DNA of 63,320 bases, the filler included, from Octopus bimaculoides (taxonomy: Eukaryota), in assembly GCF_001194135.2 (NCBI RefSeq). It is 5 parts of 5 records of this genome, joined end to end, with 100 filler letters (N's around TTAATTAATTAA, not from the genome) between each part and the next. Parts side by side here need not be neighbours in the genome. Positions count along the whole stretch, not along the records: positions 14,738 to 41,961 come from NC_068988.1; positions 42,062 to 55,306 come from NC_068984.1; 3 more parts are not named here. One strand, written 5' to 3'. Position 1 is the first letter of the stretch; every line of letters begins with the position of its first letter. The notes beneath the pieces were generated by a model. That model saw nothing but the letters and a program-made list of their open reading frames with translations, did no database searches and was not told where the DNA came from. A program made the translations under genes and the position numbers. This document shows, one piece after another, positions 37,631 through 52,392 of the stretch.

Positions 37631-38993
37631 TGTAGACACACGCATACAGACATAATTTAGGAAGGATATAGGAGAATATACAATGATGTGATCCAAATAC
37701 GTTTACCCTGCGTTGTGTTTCGGGTAAAATTCATATTCTCTAACTTCGAGGATATCCATACCTTATGACTTAAAATAAGTAAAATGTTGCGCTCATTCAA
37801 GAAGAACATTCATGCCACACGCTGTAACACACAATATGAAAGTGTATTAACGTCTTTAGAACTAATATGAATTTATGTTTGGTGACTTAGTAGGATGTCT
37901 TTGAAATATAAGCTGATTATTAAGCGATCACTGAACTTGTAACTGAAAGGCAAGTATTTCGAAAGCTGATGAAATATCAGTAAATCCATGACAGCAATTT
38001 TCGCTATAATATGCCTTAAAAAATGTCAGAAATACACCTAAAATAGCTCTATTTAGAAATGCATTAAATAGCTAGCAGGTATAGCAAGAACATATTTTCG
38101 AGTAAAATCTTCCATCAGAGGACACGGCAATCATGGGACTATTTATATTCAGAAGAATAAATGTGTGAAATACAAAATTGGTTAACAAAATAATACAGTG
38201 GTTGCAAATATCTACTTGTTATAAACATTAAAGTAAACAGAAACATATTTTGTTGTCTGGATATCAATCCGTATTTATTTACAGTTGAATTCCACAATAA
38301 ATGTCGTAATATTTTCTTGAGAATAAGGCAGGAAGTGCGAATCTTCAGAGATATAAACTGATCATTTACAGATACGTAAACCGAAAAGTAAAAGTGGAAA
38401 AGAACAAATATTTGCAGAATATTGATATTTGACGATTTTTCTCTTTATAAGATTTTTTAAAGTAATATTTTGAGTGTAATCTCAGGAATTTTATTGTAAA
38501 TATATTTCAAATAACATTAAGTCCTTAAATATGAATTTATTTTCACATCTAGATAGGATATTATACAACTGGTGTAAAGAATTGTTAAATATTATTCATA
38601 TTTTGACTGCATGCTCATCTTTCCGGTGTTTCTCTTCGGTTTTATCTGAAAGTATAGCAGCTATATTTCACTTCCTCTTCAGTCTTTCTTTTCTCCCGAT
38701 CATGAAAATGTCACACATTTTATTCTAGGCTACGAGCTGTTATGAAGACAATTTTGTGTCCGGAGAGAAATATATCAATAGGCATATGTATCAGAAAATG
38801 TGCAACGATATTTTTGGTTCTTTTTCCTTTTTCTTATGAATATATTTTCATATTTATATTTTAGTCTGCTGCTAAAATACAAATAAGAATAGCAAAAATC
38901 TTCTACGTGAAAGAACACAAATGTAATGCTTACATAATATATAATTTTGTTGCCAAATATAAATACATATATTCTTACAAGTGTGTGTATATA

Positions 38994-39028
<35 letters not shown>

Positions 39029-39539
39029 ATATATATATATATATATATATACCATGCATGTATGGAAAAAATCCAAGCTGTATCCTCAAGAAGAACATCT
39101 ACTTATTCCAGTATTACGACCCAGGATTTATATTCTCAAAATGTTGTTTGTAGTGTTATTTAACAAAAGAGGAATTTGGATATTGGGAAAAGTTTGGTAT
39201 TATTTATTTACCGATTACATATGTTTCATTTGTTAATACGAATCACAAAATCGTTCATGTTGGATAAACATATAAGAAATTTTTTATTACATTTTTTCAG
39301 ACAGTGAATCAAACAATATTATAGCTTCATCCTCTGGTTGAAGAATTTTTTTCAAATTTTTGTTCGTGATGTACATACCCACATACAAGAGGATTAAATA
39401 TTTAACATCCTATCAAACAGATAATATCACAGTACATGGATGAATACCTACTTCAGCCTGGATACCGGTGTTTCTCTTTGACTTCCTAATTGTCTTCGAT
39501 GTTTAACATTTTTATAGAGAACCAATTTCTAATCACCAA

Positions 39540-39936
39540 TCACGATTCCGTCCAAAAATGGTTAATTCTTGAGAAATGGCAGCAAAGAAGAGCACACATT
39601 CATTCTCTGCACGTAATTAGACGCTGAAAGTTCGTGAGGAGTCCATTGACCCAATTTGCTGAATTTTCTGATTGCACGCAAGTGTCGATGAATAGCTTGT
39701 TCCATCAGGGTTTGCAGGACATATTCGTCGAGCTCTACAGATCTTCCAGGATGAGGATCGTCATGTAGGTTGTAGTTTCAGGCACGGAATTTCTGGAATC
39801 ACCGCTGATATTGACTTGCGCATGTTATCCGATCCCTATATAGTGCATTAATATTCCTCGCACTTTCCGTTGTGTTTTTGCCTTTATTGAATTTATGAAG
39901 TAAACTATGCTGAATATGCTCTTTAGCCACTTCCAT
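39540..39936 (-). mobile_element. Mariner (Mos1-like) transposase N-terminal fragment
   Basis: MEVAKEHIQHSLLHKFNKGKNTTESARNINALY...FQKFRA*NYNLHDDPHPGRSVELD. Confidence 0.82.
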
Positions 39937-40412
39937 TATAGCTTTGAAAAAAAAAAGTAACTGTTAAAATCGAATTGCACGCTTCAACGCTTGCACTAAA
40001 AATAGGTACAAGGTAAAATCACTACCGGCCTTTATATCAAGTACACAGTAGCAGTCAAACAGCTTCAGATACTCATAAATATTATAAAACCTTGCAGTTA
40101 TTTTAATATACACAATATAATAAAGACAAACTCTATATTGAATTTCGAGAAAAATTAAAAGTAGTCTCTGTTTTATGCTTTGATACTTGTTCTTCGAACA
40201 GAAGAAGAAATTTCGTTCTCCAGGCATCGGTACATACTTGGTGCTAAGAAAAACTCATCATCAATTAATTTTGTGCAACAGAAGAAGTCATCAAATCCAT
40301 GAAAGAAATGGATGAAAGCTCATATATGAAACACAAGATGTGACTCAGTTAATCTATCGAAGTTATTCCCCTTGGATTAGATACTTGTAGTCAGTGTCCA
40401 AGAAGTCCCATC

Positions 40413-40468
<56 letters not shown>

Positions 40469-40639
40469 GCTTATATCAACAATAACGATAAGAATAACGA
40501 TTACTTACATATATGTGTGTGTGTTTAGATGTGTGCGTCTGGTGGTTGTCTACTCCTTATGGAGAGTATTTACACCTAAGATCCATCATACCACCAGATT
40601 TTTAAATCAGACATTGTATTGAAAAGTCACCTACTCAGA

Positions 40640-41560
40640 TTGCATATCTGCAGTTAAGGTCTGATATTTATAGATCTTAAAATGCCTTTTGAGGTCTACC
40701 TTAGATTTGCAGACTTTATGGTATATACGGCATTGAAATATGTGCACAGATATATAGTTCAGAGTAGTTCGTGGAGGTTCGTTATTCGTGGGTCCGCAAA
40801 TTAGATTTGAGCTCAGCAAAAGCAAGGCATGATCTGTCATAAGCTGTGCACACAAACTGTTCACTGGCATTCACCTTGTTGATCGTGATGTTCTTGTTTA
40901 AATCTCTCTTGAGCCCGCATGTATCATCCTGGCCTCCTCATAACATTTCACTCCACTCCACAATTTTGATCGCCATCCAGCTCGATCCGATGCAAGGCTT
41001 TCTATGGATTTTGGATCCATTCCATTAGACTTCATTGTATACCTTATGCCGTCCTTAGACCTATTTTTAGGTTTGCACCGATCGCGTTTCAACTCTGCGA
41101 GCTCGACATAAAGCAGTTGTTTGTGTGTCCGTTAATCCGCCATTTGAACAGTATGGCCAGACCATCTCATCTGATTTTTCAGAATCATTGATTTAATTGA
41201 AATGATGCCTGCAGGCGCAAAGACATCTGTGTCAGGAGTAAAAAGGCCACATTTAAGGTTTAAAATGCAGCGAAGGCATTTTTGGTAGAATCGTTCTAAC
41301 AATTTGAAATGGCTTTCATAACACGCCCATATTTTAAAAGAATACAACAGGCATAGTAAGACAAACGATTTGTAAAGATCCAATTTTGTGTTGTTATTTA
41401 TATGTCGTTGGCACCACACGTGACTCGAAACCAATAAATGCTTGTGCTGTCGTTTGAATTCGCAGAAGTATTTCTGTGTCCAGATTTCCATGAATTTGTA
41501 CAGATCTTCCCAGGTCGATGAATGAGTCGACGTCCTGAAGTAACTAACCCTATTAAATAA
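40640..41560 (-). mobile_element. RTE (BovB-like) LINE ORF2 C-terminal fragment
   Basis: VDSFIDLG..., TKLDLYKSFVLLCLLY..., MRWSGHTVQMAD, SIESLASDRAGWRS and a terminal CxxC..H motif (ORFs 41132..41491, 40898..41092, 40631..40870). Confidence 0.85.
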
Positions 41561-41638
41561 AGTAACAGTTGTGTACTGTGTGTGATGTAACTCACTTCCT
41601 CAAAATTGCTGGCCTTGTGCCACAAATTAGAAAGAATC

Positions 41639-41699
<61 letters not shown>

Positions 41700-42647
41700 T
41701 TTATTGTTATTATTGAGTAATATCCTTACCTAACATATTAAAGCTTATGACAAACAATTTGCATTTAACTTTCCTGCCAACATTTATAAGTGTTAATGTC
41801 TGTCTGCCTTGAAACAACTTTGCCATTTCTTAAGGATTCTTTACTAAATTTCACAGGGAGATTCAAATACAATACAGTATAATGCCTGAAGAAAAAAAAT
41901 CCTGGGTCTGAAATCCCCTTTAGAAGAAAACAGGAATGTGTGGAGAAAAAGAGATGTAGAANNNNNNNNNNNNNNNNNNNNNNNNNNNNNNNNNNNNNNN
42001 NNNNNTTAATTAATTAANNNNNNNNNNNNNNNNNNNNNNNNNNNNNNNNNNNNNNNNNNNNTATATATAAATATATATATATATACATACCATACCTACA
42101 TAAACGCATATAATATGCATCATGCGTACACATGTTTGTATGCATTAAACACACGGTGTATAAATTCATTCCGCGACAAACCAGCAGAGTTTGATATTAG
42201 TTCACATCCAGATACACAAGACGAAGCCAGCATTATACAATCGCAACCGCATGCGGCACACAACCACACAGAGATACACTCTATACATACACAAACATAC
42301 ACTTACAGATATTCCTTTAAACAGACATGGATGCACAGATACAAGTATACACGCCTAATTGCTGCCACCATACACGTAATTACTATAGTTCGCTACACCT
42401 CACACTGATGTTGCAATCCTGAAAACTGGTGGTATGGTTTGGAATTCACAATTTCCAGATGCGCCTGCAAATAATACAATTATATTCACCCGTTTAGAAA
42501 AACACTAGTTTGACACATTAGGATGAAGTTAAATACAAGTATCAATCGTACGCGCGTATATACAGCGACACACATATGTATATACACAAATGCACATGTA
42601 TAAGCATTCACAGATATACACTTGCACGCGCACACAGACACAAACAC

Positions 42648-42682
<35 letters not shown>

Positions 42683-44287
42683 GATGCGTATACGCCTACA
42701 CGTGTACATATATACACACAGGCATATATATACTGGCACAAATATATACATGTACATATATACACATGCACATACATATACATGCACACATTTTAACATG
42801 GACATGTATGTATGCATGTATGCATGTATGTATAGATGTATAGATGTATATATGTATGAATATATATATATATATATATATATANNNNNNNNNNNNNNNN
42901 NNNNNNNNNNNNNNNNNNNNNNNNNNNNNNNNNNNNNNNNNNNNNNNNNNNNNNNNNNNNNNNNNNNNNNNNNNNNNNNNNNNNNNNNNNNNNNNNNNNN
43001 NNNNNNNNNNNNNNNNNNNNNNNNNNNNNNNNNNNNNNNNNNNNNNNNNNNNNNNNNNNNNNNNNNNNNNNNNNNNNNNNNNNNNNNNNNNNNNNNNNNN
43101 NNNNNNNNNNNNNNNNNNNNNATATATATTTAGCCACGTTTATACACTTGTAGAGATATTACACGTCCACATACATAAATACACAGAAAAAGCTATATTG
43201 AAACACAATATAGTGGTCTGCTACCAACTTCGAAGTTTTGTTATAAGTCTCATAAATTGTGAAGTCATTCCGTACGCTGATAGGGGGAGGGCGATGGTTT
43301 TAAAAGCCTCCGTTTAGTAACTCGTCTGCCGCCACTGTAATCACAAATTTGCTCATATACATACAGACAATGAGGTTTATATACATGCATATACGCAACA
43401 ATACATATTCACATACAAACACTTACACACATACAAGCATAAATGTATATGTGTGTATACATACGTATGTGTATTTGTAACAAATTGGAAATATATATAT
43501 ATATATATATGCATGCATATACAAAGCCACATGTGTGTATATATACTCGTATTCATGATTGTGTGTGTATTTAAACGTGTGTGTTTGTATATATATATAT
43601 ATATGTGTGTGCATGTGTGTATGTGTGTGTATGTGTGTATGCACGTTTATGTTCACACTCATATTCATACAGATGAATATACACGTATATGCATATCTGT
43701 CTCAATGAATATATATCGATCTCTCTATCCATACTTACATACATGCCCATAGACACACACACACGCAACCACGCACACACGCGCACACACACACACACTT
43801 ATATATACACGAGTATGTATTTATATATGTACTGTAGGCACATTTTAACACCATTGCATTCATGCTTTTAGCTTCCCACACGTTAAACCTCCCAAAGTTT
43901 TGGGTTTTCGTTCAGCAGATACCACGTCTATATGCCAGATCATCTACATACACGTACCCCCCCCACACACACACACACAGAGTTATGCATAGTGTTGCGT
44001 TATATATGAGCATGCGCATACATTTGGATATATAATCTCGGAATTACATACACGTCCTCTCCTCGCAGAAACACACCACATTCGATGTTTTAACACTGGC
44101 GCACACGCCAATACACTCACACCCTACACTTACCTCACTCATTCCTGTCACTTGAACCCCGCCGCTTTAGCGCACCATAAATTACAGGTGCAGCCCCATC
44201 TGATATATTGCTATATTAGTTTACGGGTCGCTAAAGCTGAGAGAACGACTTTAGCGAGTCGGTTTATGGCATGCAAGATGTACTTAC

Positions 44288-44339
44288 GGCGCTGATATAA
44301 CAACGTTTGGCCAGTCACATGATTCATTCTAGGCGCCAT
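44288..44339 (-). CDS. Putative first exon of an unidentified gene (MAPRMNHVTGQTLLYQR-)
   Basis: The minus strand reads aagATGGCG...cagcgcc|GTAAGT within a locally CpG-rich stretch; no homology recognised. Confidence 0.33.
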
Positions 44340-46219
44340 CTTGTGAACGTGTAATCTTCGATCGATTTTTTTCGCTTCGTTTTTAAACGTTCATTTTCTG
44401 AAAGCTTGCTTATAGTTGTTATTGTTGTTAGTGTTGATGACGCTGAGCGTGGTGTCAGAATTGGTGTTGGAAGTGAAACTGGTGTTATGTGTAGTTGTTG
44501 TGTAGTGGTGTTAGTTCTTTTGTTGGTGGTGAAGGCGGTGGATTATGATCTGGTTGAAGATGTCAGTATTATATTTACCGTTGCCGTTATAAATGTCGGT
44601 TACAAGGTTATTTATGTTCGCTATAAATGTTCGTATTTGATGGTCGTTTTCTGCCGTGTAAGTATTACAGCGAGTTTTAGTATCTGAGACATGGCAGTCG
44701 CATTTGTTGTTGTTGTTGTTGTTCTAAATTCCCAAGTGAACCATGACCATCGCCACACTTTACAGCATTATATATCGCAAACTACACTACCATTTTATAT
44801 AAAAAAAAATCTATGGTTTGATTCGAGAGAAAATTATATGGATGTGTGGCTGGTAAACTCTGAAAGTCTGCATTGGTGGCGATGTATAAAACATTGGAAG
44901 TGCTTACGTAGTGTTGTACAGAAGTAGTACAATTCTGATATCCAGAACGTTCCGTTCTTTACAATCCACACACTTATTAAACGAAATATTACAAAGCATT
45001 GTTCCATTTTAAAAAATAATTTGCTTGGATTTTTGCACCATTGATCTGTTGTTTATTGTTGTAGTTATTATTGCTGTTGTCCACAATGAGCTTATGATAA
45101 TGTTGCTGGTAATGTATTGTCCAACAATATGCCTCCACAACACTAGCAACTACAACACAAGATTAACCACTTTGAAGCTATAGAAGAAAACACTTGTCCC
45201 AGGTGCCACACAATAGGACAGAACCCGGAGCCATGTGGTTGGGAAGCATACAAATTATCACACAAGCCATCACTGCGACTAGGTTAGTATCATTTAAATT
45301 ATACCTTACGGTTTCAAAGATTTCACGTACCATAATTCAAATTTGGGTTGAAAATCGTCGGGAAAAGATGGGGTGGTCAAGTGAGGCATCCCTTCCATCA
45401 TTTATTTGCAACGTCAGCACCGAACAGGAGATAAATGACAACATCAGCAGCAGCAGCAGTGACAGCGGCAGCGGTGGCGGTGGCAGCAGCAATCAACCAT
45501 TAATTCCAGTCCCTTGTTTAATGACATGGTTTTAATCTTTAAGACGTATTGAACAAATCCAGGAATCAGTTCCAGACAAGCAGAGAAGAGAATAAATCGA
45601 TTTTTACATATCGATCTCATCCTCTCCCACTGCATTGTGTATAAATTTTATACACTGTATTTTTATTATATCTGTTGGATTTCTTGTTTTGCTTCTATGT
45701 TTTGTTTCATTTGTATGTATTTAATCATCTTTTATATTCTCCTGCGGTTGCGTTGAGATTTCTGCGTTTTATGGCGTGTTGTCACATGCGCATGGAGAGA
45801 GAGACAGACAGACAGAGACAGAGAGAGAGAGAGTGAGAGAGAGAGAGTTTTGAATGCTTGCAGACATATCACAAGTTAACATTTACGAGGGCCAGCCATT
45901 GGACCATTGGATATGGTTGAAAAGGAATGACGCAACCAGGCTGCAGAGGTGATCATCCTGAAATGGACTCGTGGTCAAATACTAGTCAGTCAAATACTAG
46001 TGGTCAAATACTAGTCAGTCTCCTGATGACCCCAAGAACCCATTGGCATCTGGTATAGTAGAGGTTTCGACTGACTCTACTTGCAATAGCAAGCAATTTT
46101 CAAGTTTCTATAAAACAAAAGAGCTATGATCCAAGGTCCCTCCCGAGAAATAGACTCATAAGGCCGGTGTCACGAATTTTGTCGTACATATATTCTCCAG
46201 CTTACTGGAATGTGTGCCC

Positions 46220-46385
46220 CTCACGTTACAGGATTACTCATCATGCCCCAGCTCAGTACTTAGAACAACGTGAAGTGAAAAGGTTCTTGCTCAAGAACAC
46301 AACGAATCTCCTAGCCTAGAGAACGAAACCCCAATCTTACGATCATGAATGCAGCGCTCTTACCAAGAAGATATGCACCTCCACA
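46220..46385 (-). mobile_element. Family E SINE, diverged
   Basis: ggttcttgctcaagaacacaac is the reverse complement of the CORE-like block. Confidence 0.6.
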
Positions 46386-46954
46386 CCTCCAGTTCGCAGC
46401 CTCACTTACACTACAACGGCCATTTTACAGAGTGACGTAAGAGATGCATAGTCTTTGTTTTGACACCTTACCTGTGAAATCATTTGTATGCAAAGATGTA
46501 GATTAGTTCTTTTTGGGCAAGAACATACTTTGTGTAGAGAGTGGGATTGACCTATTGCAAGCCCTTTAAAAACTTCAGATGTAGTCAACGTTTCTGATAC
46601 ATTTTATATGCTATGGACAGCCGTAACCGAAAAAAGCAAAGCAGTCAACGAAAAATATTCCAAATACAACGAAAGCATGTGTCAGTGTGCGTGATTAGTT
46701 CTATGAACACCTGTTGCAGGAGCCGATCATCGTTTCTACATCTGTGTAAAAGTTTGTAGGTCACTAGCAAGATTGCAAAGCCAGAATCCTACAACTTTAA
46801 CAGTACAATGAAGCGATGATGTTGTTCGAAATCCATTTCAAAATCTCATTTATGTTTATATGTATGTATGTATGTATATAAGTGTATATATATGTGTCTA
46901 TACGTGTATGCATGTATGTATGTATGTATGTGTGCACATATGTGTCTCTCTCTA

Positions 46955-46991
<37 letters not shown>

Positions 46992-47890
46992 NNNNNNNNN
47001 NNNNNNNNNNNNNNNNNNNNNNNNNNNNNNNNNNNNNNNNNNNNNNNNNNNNNNNNNNNNNNNNNNNNNNNNNNNNNNNNNNNNNNNNNNNNNNNNNNNN
47101 NNNNNNNNNNNNNNNNNNNNNNNNNNNNNNNNNNNNNNNNNNNNNNNNNNNNNNNNNNNNNNNNNNNNNNNNNNNNNNNNNNNNNNNNNNNNNNNNNNNN
47201 NNNNNNNNNNNNNNNNNNNNNNNNNNNNNNNNNNNNNNNNNNNNNNNNNNNNNNNNNNNNNNNNNNNNNNNNNNNNNNNNNNNNNNNNNNNNNNNNNNNN
47301 NNNNNNNNNNNNNNNNNNNNNNNNNNNNNNNNNNNNNNNNNNNNNNNNNNNNNNNNNNNNNNNNNNNNNNNNNNNNNNNNNNNNNNNNNNCAGTGAAGAA
47401 TGTCACTGGAAAAGAAGATATAAGGTTTGCCAGATTTGTCTCTCTCACCAAGGTCATCAGCTGTCGAACGCCGACGAAGGGAAATAACCCTGAAATCCGG
47501 ATACGTTCGTGCTGCTGGTCGAGGTGAGAGGGATAACTCCCTTGGCAAACAGGACACAGTCGTGTGTCGATAAGCCAGCTGGAGGAGATGTCCTCCTGGG
47601 GCTAAAAGCAACAGTAACATCCACCCCTAGGGGTCAGCCACACTTAAGTGGCAATATACTACACTTTATCGTGCAGTTACTGTTAATACTTCATATAGAG
47701 AATTAACATTGCTTATATATATATATATATATATGTATATGTATGTAAACGTATATATATACGCACAAATTAAGAGATAGTACTAGAACGAGAAAGCATA
47801 GCCGATTAATTATAGTAATGCATATATATTTATACATATATGCATACATACATACATGTATATATACATACATACATATATATGTATGTG

Positions 47891-47924
<34 letters not shown>

Positions 47925-48126
47925 AGCGTGTTATACTTTCTCTATATATACTACTCTTTTCCTTTCGGTACATATACATGCATATATGCGTCCAGGTATG
48001 TTTGTGCATGCGTACACATGTATAAATATATGCACATATGTATGTATACACTAACATACGTACATAAATTCATGCACATGTGTATATATGCATGAATATT
48101 TTAGAAATACACCTACATAAGGGAAA

Positions 48127-48166
<40 letters not shown>

Positions 48167-48873
48167 NNNNNNNNNNNNNNNNNNNNNNNNNNNNNNNNNN
48201 NNNNNNNNNNNNNNNNNNNNNNNNNNNNNNNNNNNNNNNNNNNNNNNNNNNNNNNNNNNNNNNNNNNNNNNNNNNNNNNNNNNNNNNNNNNNNNNNNNNN
48301 NNNNNNNNNNNNNNNNNNNNNNNNNNNNNNNNNNNNNNNNNNNNNNNNNNNNNNNNNNNNNNNNNNNNNNNNNNNNNNNNNNNNNNNNNNNNNNNNNNNN
48401 NNNNNNNNNNNNNNNNNNNNNNNNNNNNNNNNNNNNNNNNNNNNNNNNNNNNNNNNNNNNNNNNNNNNNNNNNNNNNNNNNNNNNNNNNNNNNNNNNNNN
48501 NNNNNNNNNNNNNNNNNNNNNNNNNNNNNNNNNNNNNNNNNNNNNNNNNNNNNNNNNNNNNNNNNNNNNNNNNNNNNNNNNNNNNNNNNNNNNNNNNNNN
48601 NNNNNNNNNNNNNNNNNNNNNNNNNNNNNNNNNNNNNNNNNNNNNNNNNNNNNNNNNNNNNNNNNNNNNNNNNNNNNNNNNNNNNNNNNNNNNNNNNNNN
48701 NNNNNNNNNNNNNNNNNNNNNNNNNNNNNNNNNNNNNNNNNNNNNNNNNNNNNNNNNNNNNNNNNNNNNNNNNNNNNNNNNNNNNNNNNNNNNNNNNNNN
48801 NNNNNNNNNNNNNNNNNNNNNNNNNNNNNNNNNNNNNNNNNNNNNNNNNNNNNNNNNNNNNNNNNNNNNNNNN

Positions 48874-48923
<50 letters not shown>

Positions 48924-49999
48924 TAAATTCTAAAATAAATTTTAGGATTTATGAAGGGTGAAATTTGTGAACAAAAACATGACAGTAGAGACATACTAGG
49001 AAACCAAACGAGAACAAACACAGAGGGTCATTTGACCAGAACGAGAGGGAAACTGAATGCTGGGAGTAACGTTTTTATTTTGAAAAGAGAAAGGATAGAA
49101 GAGAAACAGAAAAAAACACGTCCGTTATTTTGAACGTCCGTCCAAGAAAAGAAAGATGGCCCCTTGAGGAAAACCAAGAATGGACGATGGCCACGTGTGA
49201 GCAAGGAGAGAGAGGAAAAGCGAGAGAGAAAAAGAATAGAATATATATATTACTTTTAAAGCAGATGGCGTTTCTGAGTAATTAATCTCATTGATTCTTT
49301 TTTTAAAATCTTATACATGCAAATATTTCACATGCACTTATGAACAATATGGTGCATCTGCTAGTGCGACGAGATCTATTGTCCACTGAGAAGGTGTAAT
49401 AATTCGGAAACTTATGAAGTATTGTATCGTGTGCTTACAAAACTTTACAAAATATAAAATATTTAAAATATGTTTAAAATATCACACAATCATTTTAGTA
49501 CTGACCACACGAAATACACTAACACTAATTTAACCACAAAATGTATTCTCCACACTTTATCATAATCTAATTATTTGCGCCGTTCAGTGCTGTTACAAAC
49601 ATTTCGGTGCAGTTTCCCACTTACTACAGAACTAGTAATTTATCATTGGTGACGGTTATATTCCCACTAAATAAAGAAACCATCCCTACTTGTTTCCCTT
49701 GCTTGCTCAACCAGACAATAATGTTAGCTACACCATTAAATGATTCTCTTATCACTGTAGTTAACTCTCCACACACGGAGTTTATTTTTTCGTGTTCAAA
49801 TATTATAGATAATCAAACCCCTATTCTCGATATTATTACCTTTTCGTTTCACGTTTCCGGTTTTAATTTTAATTCTTTACCTTATTCAGTGTCTTGTTTT
49901 ATGTATNNNNNNNNNNNNNNNNNTTGTAGTATCTTTCCTATTTTTTCTTTTCGTTTCACATCCTTAAATATACAGTCCTCTTTTAGCTCGCTTCTTCGT

Positions 50000-50254
50000 A
50001 AATGTCTTTCTTCCTTCATTTCTTCATTACTGTATTTCTTTCTCCTTTCGGTTTTTCTTCATCTTTAACTCCTTCGATATTTTGTATTCTTTCTATTTCT
50101 TCAATTTACTTTTCTCTCATTCTCATTTTTCAAAATTTTATTTCTTTCTTTTCCTCATACGTCATTTTCGTTTTTCTTCCCTCCCCTTTCTCTCTTTCTC
50201 CCTATTTACCTATCGATCATTGTCTCTCCCCGTATCTCTCTCTCTCTCACTCTA

Positions 50255-50294
<40 letters not shown>

Positions 50295-50630
50295 TCTCTC
50301 TCTCACTCTACCTCTATTATTCAGGAATTCAATTTTTCGATTTTCTCAGGTTCAAACTCTCAACCTTTCTTTCTTCTCTATTTATTTATTCCTTCCTTCC
50401 TTTCTACCCCTTTCCTTCCTTTCTTCCCCTTTCCTTCCCTTCTTTCTTTATTTCTTTCTAGCAGAGGTTTTTCCTTTCTTCTTCTTCTTTTAATCTTCCT
50501 TTTATTTCATACTTTCTTTCTTCCACCCTTCCTTTCTGTCGCCAGTTCTTTTTCACTTCATTTCAATTCTTTCTCACAAGATTCTTTAAATTCTGCTGTT
50601 TGCGTGCCTTTTTTTCTTTAAAAGCTGTGT
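50000..50630 (+). repeat. Long polypyrimidine/(CT)n low-complexity tract
   Basis: Direct base composition. Confidence 0.85.
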
Positions 50631-51216
50631 TTACATACAATGCAGTGTGTTTATGTATCCGTTTCAAGAAATGAGTGTATATTTGTATGTTCAGCGATGA
50701 GTGTGTCACTAAGGGCGTATACGCATGAGCATGCGTGTTTCATNNNNNNNNNNNNNNNNNNNNNNNNNNNNNNNNNNNNNNNNNNNNNNNNNNNNNNNNN
50801 NNNNNNNNNNNNNNNNNNNNNNNNNNNNNNNNNNNNNNNNNNNNNNNNNNNNNNNNNNNNNNNNNNNNNNNNNNNNNNNNNNNNNNNNNNNNNNNNNNNN
50901 NNNNNNNNNNNNNNNNNNNNNNNNNNNNNNNNNNNNNNNNNNNNNNNNNNNNNNNNNNNNNNNNNNNNNNNNNNNNNNNNNNNNNNNNNNNNNNNNNNNN
51001 NNNNNNNNNNNNNNNNNNNNNNNNNNNNNNNNNNNNNNNNNNNNNNNNNNNNNNNNNNNNNNNNNNNNNNNNNNNNNNNNNNNNNNNNNNNNNNNNNNNN
51101 NNNNNNNNNNNNNNNNNNNNNNNNNNNNNNNNNNNNNNNNNNNNNNNNNNNNNNNNNNNNNNNNNNNNNNNNNNNNNNNNNNNNNNNNNNNNNNNNNNNN
51201 NNNNNNNNNNNNNNNN

Positions 51217-51248
<32 letters not shown>

Positions 51249-52345
51249 CATGTATGTATGCATGTGTATGTGTTCATGCGATATCTGTATATATATATAT
51301 ATATATATACACTCATATGTAGGAATATACATACATGTTTATACATATATATGTGTTTGTAAGAGGGAGTCCATGTAATCCTTAGTTTTGTATGTCCATA
51401 TAAATTCATGCATATTTGTGTATGTATGTATATATACATGTGTGTCTGTGTTTGTATATATGTGTGTGTATATATGTGTGTGTGAGTGTAGTTTTTGAAT
51501 TGGTGTACACACCTACGTACACGTCGTGTAATCCGAGTAGAAAATTATTCGCTGATCTCTAAAGCTGTTTAGAAAGTGATGAAGTTTTTAATGCCGCAGT
51601 CTATTCATACAAGTTATCGTGTTATCTGACAAGCTGTGATGTGTGAAATCGCTGTAAAAATGGTAAAATAAGGAGTCGAAACGTAATCCATCATTGCTAC
51701 AACTTGTCAGGATTCGTTCTTATGATTAGAACAAAATTTACTTATTTTACAACATTTATTTTCTTTCTTCGTAAAAGACAAATCAGAGAATAAGTGAAAA
51801 CAAGCAGAAGTGAAAAACATAATGAAAAAAAATCCTGAAGCTTTCGTCTGCTTCAGCAAATAACAAGTAAATAAGAAAGAGAATACACACACACACGAAC
51901 ACACATACAAATACACTCACATACATACACACATAGAAACTTGCGGTTGAAACGTGAAAAGTGCACCTTAATCTACTGGTTAGTCAGCACTTCCTGCTGC
52001 GCATGCCCAGTGAAACAAAAATATAGAAAGCCATGATGTGATCGAATAGGATCAGACAAGTTATCCTAAAAACTAAATGATTGGTATTCTATATGTTTGG
52101 GTAGTCTCAGTGTCTGGTATACAATCATATATACACACACACACACACATACATACATACATACATACTTACATACATACATGCGTTCATACATACACAC
52201 ACATAACATACGTATGAATATATTTTATTTTTTTATTTGGGGATGATCATTTTAACTATTATATACATGTGAATACATATATACATATGTGTGAGTGTGT
52301 ATGCGTCTGTGTGTGTATGTGTGTGTGTTTGTATTTATGTGTGTG

Positions 52346-52392
<47 letters not shown>

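Noticed and set aside
44406-44687. Val-rich plus-strand ORF that looks membrane-like
   Set aside because: Low-complexity GTT/GTG sequence, non-ATG start, no recognisable family.
46013-46078. CTGATGA...CTGA with agtcagtc/gactgact arms (C/D snoRNA or hammerhead-like)
   Set aside because: Too short, the stem overlaps the D box, no GAAAC core or recognisable guide sequence, and it follows a local 14/15-bp tandem repeat.
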